This document shows, in pieces, positions 47,979 through 56,988 of a stretch of DNA of 64,000 nt. The stretch's first letter is position 1, and every line of letters starts with the position of its first letter. This DNA comes from an uncultured Gemmatimonadales bacterium (GTDB taxonomy: Bacteria; Gemmatimonadota; Gemmatimonadetes; Longimicrobiales; RSA9), in contig CAWAMW010000015.1 of the NCBI GenBank assembly GCA_963783305.1, forward strand, positions 411,885-475,884, written 5' to 3'. The position numbers were made by a program, and so were the translations under genes. A model generated the notes under the pieces. It was not told the origin of the DNA. It searched no databases and worked only from the letters and a program-made list of their open reading frames with translations.

Positions 47979-49465
47979 CCCGGGCGGGGTCGTTCCGGCT
48001 GTCGGACGCGGCGCTGCGGCAGGTGCTGGCGTGGCTGGTGATCGTGCTGCTGGCCGTGCCGGTGGGAGGCGCGCTCTGGCTGGGGGTGGCCCACGGGGAG
48101 TCGCCGTGCATCCTCTGCTGGGCGCAGCGCACGTCGATGGTCCTCATCGCCCTCGTGGCCCTCTTCATCGTCCGCTGGGGGCCGCGGCCCCGTTACCTCG
48201 GCATGCTGGTGCTGCTGGGCAGCTGGGGTGTGTTCATGTCGCTCCGGCACTCGGCGCTTCACCTCGCCCGGGACATCGGCCAGGGGTTCGCCGGCGCGAT
48301 CCTCGGCGTCCACACCTACGTCTGGGCCGGGTTCATCCACTGGGTCGTCCTGCTGGCGGCGGGGGCGCTGCTGGTGGTTGTGAGGGGGCCACTGGAGGCG
48401 AGGCCGGGGGTGGCGCCGGGGCGCGCCGGCCGGTTCGCCATGGCGCTCCTGGTAGTCCTGGCCGGAGCCAACGCGGTCCAGGCGTTCATCTCCACCGGGC
48501 CGCCGCCGTTCATGGGCCAGGGCGACCCGATCCGGCTTTCCCTCGACCCCCACCGCTGGGTGTGGTCGATGGCGGAGCTCGGCGGCGGGCTCTCGCTGCG
48601 GGGGTCGTGGACCGTGCCGGAGCCGGAGCCCGGCGACCTGGTCGTCGACGGCGACCCGGAGACCGGTCCGATCGTGGCCCTCGACACGCTGCCGGTGCGA
48701 CGCTGGGCGCGGGTGCCGCCCGGGGTGGAGGGGACCCTCACCGGGTTCGCCGCCGCGGCCGGTGGGGCGGTGGTCGTGACCGACGGCTTTGAGGTGGCGG
48801 TGCTGGAGCGCGACCTGTCGCGCGTGCGGCACCGGGTCGTGATCGATCGGGGCTTCAGCATCGACCTGACCACGCTGGCCGGCGCCGCGTTCCTCGGCCC
48901 CGACACCGTGGCCGTGGTATCCACGAACAAGAGCTACGTGCTGCTCAGGGCCGATCCCGATGCCGACGCCGCCCGGGAGTGGCGGCACTTCCTGGAGACG
49001 GATGGCACGATCACGGAGGTGCGCCGCTCCCGCTTCGCCACCGTTCGGGCCCGGCAGCAGTACGTCCTGTCGCTGGCGTACGACCCCGACGCTGGCGAGC
49101 TCGTGACCGTGAGCGTGCCATCGGAACGCCATCCACGGCTCGTGGTCTCCCGCTTCGACCGTGAAGACTGGACGCTCTCCTCGGAGTTCACGCCGAGTCG
49201 GGTCGACGGTCTGATGCTGCGGAGCCCGGAGCGGGGCCTGCACGAGTACCTCGTCACGGGCACAGCCGTGGCGGACGGGCGGCTGTACGCCCTGAGCGCA
49301 CGCCACTCGACGCTCCTGGTGATCGACCTGGAGAAGGAGTCGATCACGGCCGCATACGCGGTGCCGACGCTGGAGCGACCGGTCGGCCTGGGGCTCGACG
49401 GGAATACGCTGCTCATTGCCCAGGCGGACGGGCGCATCGCGGTGGTGGAACGGCCCGTACAGTAG
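47975..49465 (+). CDS. dsbI: DsbB-family disulfide bond formation protein with C-terminal beta-propeller (DsbI-like)
   Basis: GESPCILCWAQR, RDIGQGF, GVHTYVW, QAFISTGPPPFMGQGDPIR; single CxxC. Confidence 0.85.
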   Translation: MTRAGSFRLSDAALRQVLAWLVIVLLAVPVGGALWLGVAHGESPCILCWAQRTSMVLIALVALFIVRWGPRPRYLGMLVLLGSWGVFMSLRHSALHLARDIGQGFAGAILGVHTYVWAGFIHWVVLLAAGALLVVVRGPLEARPGVAPGRAGRFAMALLVVLAGANAVQAFISTGPPPFMGQGDPIRLSLDPHRWVWSMAELGGGLSLRGSWTVPEPEPGDLVVDGDPETGPIVALDTLPVRRWARVPPGVEGTLTGFAAAAGGAVVVTDGFEVAVLERDLSRVRHRVVIDRGFSIDLTTLAGAAFLGPDTVAVVSTNKSYVLLRADPDADAAREWRHFLETDGTITEVRRSRFATVRARQQYVLSLAYDPDAGELVTVSVPSERHPRLVVSRFDREDWTLSSEFTPSRVDGLMLRSPERGLHEYLVTGTAVADGRLYALSARHSTLLVIDLEKESITAAYAVPTLERPVGLGLDGNTLLIAQADGRIAVVERPVQ

Positions 49466-49564
49466 AGCGCACGATCACTCTCCGGTACGATCATCCCGGC
49501 TCGGGCGGCCGGGCTCGAACCGCCAGTTTGACCTTGACGACCCGCCCGGGTGGCGATCAGGCGG

Positions 49565-50149
49565 CTATGCGACGCCGTCGCCCCACTCCAGCACTTCCAC
49601 GCGCACCCGCGTGCGCCCCGCCCCGATGTAGCCGAGCGACTCCGCAGCGCGCCTCGAGAGGTCGAGGATCCGCGACTTCCTGCCGTACGGCCCACGGTCG
49701 ACGACGCGCACGTTGACCGACCTGTCGTTCCGGATGTTGGTGACCCGCAGGACCGTGCCGAAGGGGTAGGAGAGGTGAGCCGCGACCATCTGGTTCTGCC
49801 GGAACGGGATCCCGCTGGCGGTGCGTCGGCCCTCGAACTTGTCGGCGTAGAAGGAAGCCTCCCCTGTGGCCGTCTCCAGGACCTTGTCCGGGGCCGTCGA
49901 AGCGACCCCATCCGGCACGTCGGCCGGCGAGGCGTCGTGCGACGGCTTCGGCTCCGCCAGCGGCTTCTTGCCCAGTCGGGGATAGCGTTCCTCGAGCTGC
50001 TCGATCATGTCCGCGCTGAGCGGCTGGACCGACGCCTGGGCGGCCGGGCCGCCCTGCGGCTCGGCTTCCTGATGGGCATCGCCACAGGCGGCCGCAAGGA
50101 AAGAAAGGGCGAGCATGGGGAGGATGATTCGTGCGGACTGGGACTGCAT
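49565..50149 (-). CDS. rlpA: RlpA-family lytic transglycosylase lipoprotein (DPBB, no SPOR)
   Basis: FLAAA-C; GEASFYA..FEGRRTASG, AAHLSYPFGTVLRVTN, DRGPY, ILDLSRRAA. Confidence 0.93.
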   Translation of the reverse strand: MQSQSARIILPMLALSFLAAACGDAHQEAEPQGGPAAQASVQPLSADMIEQLEERYPRLGKKPLAEPKPSHDASPADVPDGVASTAPDKVLETATGEASFYADKFEGRRTASGIPFRQNQMVAAHLSYPFGTVLRVTNIRNDRSVNVRVVDRGPYGRKSRILDLSRRAAESLGYIGAGRTRVRVEVLEWGDGVA

Positions 50150-50407
50150 GACTGACTTCCTTGAACACCGGGAACAGATCTCGATCACCACGGTCGTGCG
50201 CCCCATGGACCTTCAAGTCGCGTTCCGAAGGCTAAAGCGCTGCGCTGCCATGAGGCGGGCGTAGGCAGGGGACCTACAGCCGACGTGGGCGCGCCTGTCG
50301 GGAAATGCCCCACGAGAGATTCGTTTATCTGCACGACTGACCGCGCGCCGGTGCGGTTGCATATTGCGGGTGCTTCCGGAGTACGACCCCCCCGAACCCG
50401 GTCGACC

Positions 50408-52354
50408 ATGCCACACGTTCCCCAGCAGGACTCCGCCGTCTCATCCCATCGCGCCGCCATCGATACGCTCATGGCCGACGAAACCGCCATCGAGCCGCCG
50501 GACTGGCTGGCGGCGGAAGCGGCCATCGATTACGAAGCCGAGCGAGCCGCGGCCGAGGCCGACCCGGCGTCGTTCTGGGCCGAAAAGGCGGAGGCGCTGG
50601 ACTGGATCCAACGCTGGGACGAGGTGCTGCGCTTCGACGCGCCCGAGCACCGGTGGTTCGTGGGCGGGAAGCTCAACGCGACGATCAACACGATCGACCG
50701 GCACGTCCACAGCTCGCGCCGGAACAAGGCGGCGGTGATCTGGGTGGGCGAGGACGGCGACGAGCGGACGTATACGTACAACCGGCTGTACCGCGAGGTG
50801 AACCGGTTCGGCAATGCGCTGCGCCGGCTGGGCGTCAAGCAGGGCGACCGGGTGATCCTGTACATGCCGCTGGTACCGGAGGGGATCATCGCGATGCTGG
50901 CGAGCGCCCGGATCGGAGCCATCCACTCCGTCGTCTACGCCGGGATGGGGACGGAGGCGCTCCGGAGCCGGATCCAGGACGCCGGCGCGAAGGTGGTGGT
51001 CTGCTCGGACTACACGTATCGGAGGGGCAAGGCCGTCCACCTGAAGCCGACGGTGGACCAGGCGGTGCGGGACCTCACGGAGGTGGAGCACGTGATCGTG
51101 CACCGGCGCGGCTCGTATCCGGGCGACCCCGACCGCCCGGAGCTGGAGGGCGAGCGGGAGCACGACTTCTACGACGTCCAGAACCCCCGGGACATCCACT
51201 GCGAGCCGGCCGTGGTGGACGCCGAGGATCCTCTTTTCATCCTGTACACCTCGGGGACCACGGGAAAGCCCAAGGGGGTGGTCCACGCGACGGGCGGCTA
51301 TCTCACGGGGGTCACCTACCTCAGTCGGGCGTTCTACCAGATCGGTGAGCGCGACATCTACTGGAGCACCAGCGACATCGGCTGGATCGTGGGCCATTCG
51401 TTCATCGTCTATGGTCCGCTCTCGGTGGGCGCGACGGTGCTGTGCCGTGAGGGCGCGCCGGACTACCCGTCGCCGGAGGTGACCTGGGAGCTGTGCGAGC
51501 GCTTCGGCGTGAACCTCATGTTCACGGCGCCCACCGCGCTGCGGATGTGGATGAGCCACGGCGGCGAGGTGCCGGCGAAGTACGACCTGAGCCGGCTGCG
51601 GCTGCTGGCCTGCGCCGGCGAGCCCCTGAACCCCGAGGCCCACTACTGGGCGCAGAAGCACCTGGTGGGGCAGGCGAACGGGTACGTGGTGGACAACTGG
51701 TGGCAGACCGAGATCGCCGGCCCCGTGCTGGGGACGCTCCCCACCTTCCCCGCCCGGCCCGGCAAGGTGGGCATGCCGATGCCCGGCGTGGAGGCGAAGG
51801 TGGTCGATACGGACGGCAACGAGATCGAAGCCGGAAAGGGCGGTCGTCTCGTCATCGAAAAGCCCCTGCCCTACATGCTCCGCACCATCTGGAACGACCC
51901 GGACCGGTACGCCGAGTACTGGCGGGAGTTCGAGGGCCGGTACTCCGCCGGCAATGTGGCGGTCCGCGACGCCAATGGCTACTTCGCCGTCCTGGGCCGG
52001 GCTGACGACGTCATGAACGTGGCCGGTCACCGTATCGGCACCGCAGACGTGGAGGGGTCGCTGCTCCGCCACCCGGCGGTGGCCGAGAGCGCGGTGGTGG
52101 GTCTCCCGGACCCGTTGAAGGGCGAGTACATCAAGGCGTTCGTGGTGCTCCAGCCGGGGACGCCCCGGGGTGGTGGGCTGATCGGCAGCCTCAAGGACCA
52201 CGTGCGGCAGGACCTCGGCCCCATCGCGCAGCCGGCGGAGATCGAGCTTCGCGACACCCTGCCGAAGACCCGGAGCGGCAAGATCGTGCGAAGGCTGCTG
52301 AAAGCGGAGTCGCTGGGCGAGGACCCGGGCGACCTCAGCACGCTGGCCGACTGA
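50408..52354 (+). CDS. acs: Acetate--CoA ligase
   Basis: FILYTSGTTGKPKG, DIGWIVGHSF, AGEPLN, DNWWQTE, GRADDVMNVAGHRIG, LPKTRSGKIVRR. Confidence 0.95.
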   Translation: MPHVPQQDSAVSSHRAAIDTLMADETAIEPPDWLAAEAAIDYEAERAAAEADPASFWAEKAEALDWIQRWDEVLRFDAPEHRWFVGGKLNATINTIDRHVHSSRRNKAAVIWVGEDGDERTYTYNRLYREVNRFGNALRRLGVKQGDRVILYMPLVPEGIIAMLASARIGAIHSVVYAGMGTEALRSRIQDAGAKVVVCSDYTYRRGKAVHLKPTVDQAVRDLTEVEHVIVHRRGSYPGDPDRPELEGEREHDFYDVQNPRDIHCEPAVVDAEDPLFILYTSGTTGKPKGVVHATGGYLTGVTYLSRAFYQIGERDIYWSTSDIGWIVGHSFIVYGPLSVGATVLCREGAPDYPSPEVTWELCERFGVNLMFTAPTALRMWMSHGGEVPAKYDLSRLRLLACAGEPLNPEAHYWAQKHLVGQANGYVVDNWWQTEIAGPVLGTLPTFPARPGKVGMPMPGVEAKVVDTDGNEIEAGKGGRLVIEKPLPYMLRTIWNDPDRYAEYWREFEGRYSAGNVAVRDANGYFAVLGRADDVMNVAGHRIGTADVEGSLLRHPAVAESAVVGLPDPLKGEYIKAFVVLQPGTPRGGGLIGSLKDHVRQDLGPIAQPAEIELRDTLPKTRSGKIVRRLLKAESLGEDPGDLSTLAD

Positions 52355-52577
52355 GCGATCGCCGGCCACTATTCCCCGGCGTCAGCCGCTGAGTCGCTTG
52401 AGCCGGTCCAGGAAGCTGGACGAAACCGCCGCGTCCGGTCCCTCGGAAGGAGTGTCGGGTGACTCGTGGGGAGGTGGTCGGTCGAACCACGCTCGGCCGG
52501 CACGGCGAAACCCGCGACCTCCACGGCCGTATGTCTCCAGGACACCGATGGACCGGACCTCCTGAACCCTGTTCCCC

Positions 52578-53669
52578 ATGCATAGAATCGCCGGCTTCCT
52601 GCTCCTGTTCGCCCTGGCCTCGACGCCCGCCATGGCCCCTGCCCAGTCCTCATCGCCTCTCGGCAGCGGCACGACTGCGGGCACGGGAGTGACCCACAAA
52701 GAAATCCGAATCGCCACGCCCGACCCGGCCGTGACGCTGGCGGGCACTCTGTCGGAGCCCGAGGCTGGGAGAGGCAGAGCTCTCGTGGTCTTCTTCACGG
52801 GCTCCGGCGGCCATGGCCGCGACCAGGTGATCTCGGGTACGCCCATGTTCGCGCACATGGCCGACGCCCTGCTGCACGCCGGCTTCTCCACCCTCCGGCT
52901 CGACGACCGCGGCACGGGCGAATCCACCGGACCCACCCCCGCGGCGTCCACCACCGGCGACCGGGTCACCGACATGCGGGCCGCGGTACGCTGGGCCACC
53001 ACGCAGGGCGACGGGGCGCCTATCGTCCTCCTCGGACACAGCGAGGGGGCCATGGTCGCGGCGGCGGTCGCGGCGCGGGAGCCTGACGTGGCCGGCCTCA
53101 TCCTGCTGAGCGCGCCCGCCCGGAGCGGTGAAGCCGTCTGGATCGATCAGCAGATGGCGGGTATAGCCGAACACCTGGGACGGCCCGCCGGCGAGCTCAC
53201 GGCGATCCGCCGGATCCTGGACGACGTCGTCGCCCGGTCCGTCAGCGGCGCGGGGGGCGAGTCCATCGAGCCGCTGGCGGTCGCGCTGTTCGAGGCGCTC
53301 GAGATGGACATGGACGAGGTCCGGGAGGAGGGGCTGGTGGAGAACTTCGTCGAGCGCCTCACCTCGCCCTGGTTCCGATACTTCCTGGCCCACGACCCGA
53401 CCGACGACTACCGGCGGCTCCGCGTCCCCACCCTCGCCGTCTACGGCTCCATCGACCGGCTCACGTCCGTGGCATTGAACGCCCCACCGCTCGAGGCAGC
53501 GTTCGAGGCGGCGGACAATGAGGACGACACCCTCGAGGTGCTCCCCGACCAGGACCACTTCTTCCTCCGGGCCGACCACCTGCCGCCGGGCGAGCACCGG
53601 TTCGAGGAGATGCACGTCGCCCCCGAGCTCCTCTCCCTCCTGGTCGACTGGCTGGAGGCTCGCTTCTAG
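52578..53669 (+). CDS. Secreted alpha/beta hydrolase
   Basis: Signal peptide; LAGTLSEP, TGSG, DDRGTGES, GHSEG nucleophile, GSID, DHFF. Confidence 0.9.
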   Translation: MHRIAGFLLLFALASTPAMAPAQSSSPLGSGTTAGTGVTHKEIRIATPDPAVTLAGTLSEPEAGRGRALVVFFTGSGGHGRDQVISGTPMFAHMADALLHAGFSTLRLDDRGTGESTGPTPAASTTGDRVTDMRAAVRWATTQGDGAPIVLLGHSEGAMVAAAVAAREPDVAGLILLSAPARSGEAVWIDQQMAGIAEHLGRPAGELTAIRRILDDVVARSVSGAGGESIEPLAVALFEALEMDMDEVREEGLVENFVERLTSPWFRYFLAHDPTDDYRRLRVPTLAVYGSIDRLTSVALNAPPLEAAFEAADNEDDTLEVLPDQDHFFLRADHLPPGEHRFEEMHVAPELLSLLVDWLEARF

Positions 53670-53850
53670 CTGCCGACAGGGTCCGACGGAACACGTCCGC
53701 CGGTATGCGGTAAGACCGGCAGGTCACCGAGCGGGCCCGTGCGCCCGGCACCCGGGTTGCGGGACCCCGCTTCGGTGGTGGCTCGCTTGGTACCGAATGG
53801 AGGGAGCTGTTCGCGCTCAGCACGGCTTCCGCGAAAGGAGAGGGGGCAAG

Positions 53851-54219
53851 GTGAGTCACAAGGTTGTGCTGGTAGACAGGGACGAGAATACCCGGGCCAT
53901 TCTACGGGCCGCGTTCGAGTCTCGTGGCTACACGGTTCTGGAAGCGGCAGACGGCGCCCGGGGGCTCTCCCTGGTCGAAGTGGAACGACCCGCGGCGATC
54001 GTCGGCGACTTTCCCCTGGACGTTCCTGGTCATTCACCATTCACCCGCGCCGCGCGGGGCCTGGGGATCCACAACGCCGTGATCGTATCCTTCTCTGCTC
54101 GTGCCCGGCCCGAGGAGGTGGCCGAAGCCGAGGCGATCAGCGACGCGGTGTTCACCAAGCCCGAGACTCCCCTGGCCGTGGTGGATCGAGTCGACGAACT
54201 GCTGAGTCGTACGGGCTAG
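53851..54219 (+). CDS. Single-domain response regulator (divergent receiver)
   Basis: VVLVDRD...EAADG...AIVGDF...SFSA...FTKP. Confidence 0.75.
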   Translation: MSHKVVLVDRDENTRAILRAAFESRGYTVLEAADGARGLSLVEVERPAAIVGDFPLDVPGHSPFTRAARGLGIHNAVIVSFSARARPEEVAEAEAISDAVFTKPETPLAVVDRVDELLSRTG

Positions 54220-54314
54220 GTCGGCGTCGGGTCAGCGACCTCGTGGACCATTCGGAATACGGACCCCCTGCAGTGTGCCGCGCGGCGGCCCCGGCCTTGC
54301 TCTCCTGTTGCGCC

Positions 54315-55208
54315 ATGACAATCAAATGGATGATCGTCGCGTTTCTGCTCATCGGGAGTCTGCCGGCTTGCCAGCCAACGGAAGACCGTGCGACAGACGT
54401 AGCGGCCGGCAATGCGGCAGAAATAGCGGTCGGCGCTGAAGCGATCGGTGAAAGTACTGAAGCGGCTCCGATGGATGCGGCGACCGAGGCGCGGGTCCGC
54501 GCGCTGATGGACGAACGTCTGACGGAGATCGAGGCGGCGGTGCAGCGGCTGCCTGGATTGATCGCGTCGGTGCGGAAGGACATGCGGCGGCACCTGAACG
54601 CCGACCACGTGGCGGCCGCCCGCCGCAACGGGGTCGGTCCGGTGCGGGACAGCGCACACGTGGCCGCCCTCGTCCGCTCGGGTGACCTCGTTCAGCTGCC
54701 GGACTCCACCCGCTGGTGGGTGCTGCGGGAGCTGAACCAGTCGCTGCCCTACGTGACGCCCGGCACTCGCGCGTCGCTGGAGGAGATCGGGCGCCGATTC
54801 CACGCCCGCCTCGACGAACGCGATCTGCCGCCGTTCCGGCTCGACGTCACTTCCGTGTTGCGCACCGGCCGGCAGCAGAGCGCGCTGCGACGTCGCAACG
54901 CCAATGCGGCGGAGACGGTCAGCTCGCACCAGTTCGGCACCACCGTCGACATCGCCTACCTCAGCTTCGCGGCGCCCCGATCCCTCGACCACGCGTCGCT
55001 GGATCCCGATTCCAGCCAGCCGCTCCCCCGCGCGCTGCGGGCGGATCTGATGACGCGCCTCGACAGCCTCGCCACCCGCTACGCGCCGCACATCGAGGGC
55101 GAGCTCGGCTTCGTCCTCCAGGAGCTGCAGCGCGATGGCGCGGTGCTGCCGCTCCGCGAGCGCAGCCAGCCGGTGTTCCACATCACCGTCGCGCGCGACA
55201 CCCGCTGA
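54315..55208 (+). CDS. DUF5715-like lipoprotein (peptidase M15-like fold)
   Basis: LPA-C lipobox; VTSVLRT, SSHQFGTTVDI (H-x6-D), FHITV. Confidence 0.8.
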   Translation: MTIKWMIVAFLLIGSLPACQPTEDRATDVAAGNAAEIAVGAEAIGESTEAAPMDAATEARVRALMDERLTEIEAAVQRLPGLIASVRKDMRRHLNADHVAAARRNGVGPVRDSAHVAALVRSGDLVQLPDSTRWWVLRELNQSLPYVTPGTRASLEEIGRRFHARLDERDLPPFRLDVTSVLRTGRQQSALRRRNANAAETVSSHQFGTTVDIAYLSFAAPRSLDHASLDPDSSQPLPRALRADLMTRLDSLATRYAPHIEGELGFVLQELQRDGAVLPLRERSQPVFHITVARDTR

Positions 55209-55250
55209 CACCTTCCACCTCTGATCCTCTCTCCAGCCCGGGCGGGCCGG

Positions 55251-56231
55251 TCAGCGGACGGGGTCGGAGGCCTGGGGGTCCCGACGCTGCTCCACGCTTG
55301 CCACCGGAGTGACGACCACGTCGAACATCCGCCAGTGGCTCTTGTGGACGGCACGAACGGCCTGCTCCAGCTGCTCGAGTGTGACGCTCGACCCGTCCGG
55401 GACCACGAACGCCTCGCCCGCCACCACGGCTCCTTCCTCGTGCAGCCGCACCTCGGCCTCCCGGACCCACGCCAGCTGCCGCAGCGCGCGGCTCGCGCCG
55501 TCGATCAGCTCACGGTCCACATCGCCATCCATGGTCGTCGGGCGCTGATCCATCAGGTCGGTGAAGACCGCCTTCAAGTTCGACACGCCGTCCTTCAGGA
55601 CATCCAGCGAGATGATGAGGGCCGCCACGCTGTCGGCCCACCACAGGCCGACGCCGATCCCCAGAATGCCGAGGACGGCGGCCCCCGCGGTCATCCAGTC
55701 GGCCCTGTTCATATCGGCATCGGCCTTGAGCGACTTCTCGTGGAGGTCCCGGGCGAGAGGCAGCTTCATCCGGCCCAGGATCACCGGCGGGATGGCGCTG
55801 TACACGAGCGCTGCGATCATGAACCACCCGGACCAGAGGCGGACGCCGAAGATCGTGCGGTGCCCCAACGTCGGGTGGTGCATCTTCAGCAGGCCCGTCG
55901 CCGAGTCGTACAGCATGTAGAGCCCCAGGATGGTCAGCGCGAAGGCCGCCCCCGTGAAGGCAATGCTCATAACCCGTTGGCGACCATAGGGGAACTGCTG
56001 GTCGGGACCCTTCCGGCGCTTGTGCGAGGCCACCAGGAAGACGGTCGGCGGAATCAGACTCAGGACGTCCTCGATCCACGCCGTTTTCATCGCCTGCGAC
56101 GAGCCCATCACGAAGTACATCACCGCCGTGATGGTGAGCAGGGAGAAGATCGTCGCGTACTCCAGCCTTCGCGCCTTCGCTTCCTTCTCCTGCAGCTCCT
56201 CGGGGAACCGGAACCCGTCCCGGACTCTCAC
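55251..56231 (-). CDS. Cation diffusion facilitator family transporter
   Basis: GSSQAMKTAWIED, PD..FPYG, LKADADMNRADW, WWADSVAALII. Confidence 0.88.
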   Translation of the reverse strand: MRVRDGFRFPEELQEKEAKARRLEYATIFSLLTITAVMYFVMGSSQAMKTAWIEDVLSLIPPTVFLVASHKRRKGPDQQFPYGRQRVMSIAFTGAAFALTILGLYMLYDSATGLLKMHHPTLGHRTIFGVRLWSGWFMIAALVYSAIPPVILGRMKLPLARDLHEKSLKADADMNRADWMTAGAAVLGILGIGVGLWWADSVAALIISLDVLKDGVSNLKAVFTDLMDQRPTTMDGDVDRELIDGASRALRQLAWVREAEVRLHEEGAVVAGEAFVVPDGSSVTLEQLEQAVRAVHKSHWRMFDVVVTPVASVEQRRDPQASDPVR

Positions 56232-56938
56232 CGGTCACCTCCCGGCCGCGACGGGAGCAGGGCGCCCACGTCCGCTCCATGAAGCGCGTTCTCGAGGGCC
56301 ATGAGCATCCCGTTCTCGCCGGGCGGCACGGCCATGACTCGCCGGTTCCTCGCGAGTGTGAAGCCCACCGTGTCACGGCCGAGGGTCAGGAGCTCCCAGT
56401 CGGGCGCGGCGACCAGGCCCGTCGCCCGACGGAGGTCCTCCATGGGAAATGGCTCCCCGCCCTCCTTCCGGACGTAGCCCGCGATGGGCCCGCCGGCCTG
56501 GACCGCCACGGTCCGACCTTCCATCCCCTCCTCCCCGACCGGCTCGGAGCCGGGAGGACCGACCACCACCACGGAGGAGACGTGGTAGGGGTGGGTGATC
56601 CCCACGTGCTTGCTCCACGGCGAGGCGCGCGTGAACCCTCCGATGGCCACGTCCAGCTCGTACAGGCCGAGGGCTTCCATGTGCTCTTCCGCCGGGCCCC
56701 AGCTCCAGCGGATCTCGGCCCCGATCGAGCGCGCGAAGCGACGGATCAGCTCCGGCTCCACTCCCGACGGCTCGTCACCGCTGCGGACCACCCACGGGGG
56801 CGCCTCAGTGACACCCACGCGCAGCGTGTCGCCCGTGGCACGGTCGAGGGTGCCGCGCGGATCCTGAGGGATGTCGCAGCCCCCGATCACCAGCAACGCC
56901 AAGGCCATCACCGGCAGCACCCGTCGATCCGGTCGCAT
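56228..56938 (-). CDS. Substrate-binding lipoprotein (SBP_bac_3-like)
   Basis: VIGG-C; LRVGVTEAPPW, GVEPEL, LDVAIGG, PPGENG; GTGA overlap with the CDF gene. Confidence 0.85.
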   Translation of the reverse strand: MRPDRRVLPVMALALLVIGGCDIPQDPRGTLDRATGDTLRVGVTEAPPWVVRSGDEPSGVEPELIRRFARSIGAEIRWSWGPAEEHMEALGLYELDVAIGGFTRASPWSKHVGITHPYHVSSVVVVGPPGSEPVGEEGMEGRTVAVQAGGPIAGYVRKEGGEPFPMEDLRRATGLVAAPDWELLTLGRDTVGFTLARNRRVMAVPPGENGMLMALENALHGADVGALLPSRPGGDR

Positions 56939-56988
56939 CTCTCCTCCTGGGGTTGAACGGGAAATCACGGAGGTCGGTCGGACCCCCC

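Noticed and set aside
52382..52577. Small minus-strand ORF ending SSFLDRLKRLSG
   Set aside because: No convincing start or RBS, it overlaps the hydrolase start region, and no family is recognised.
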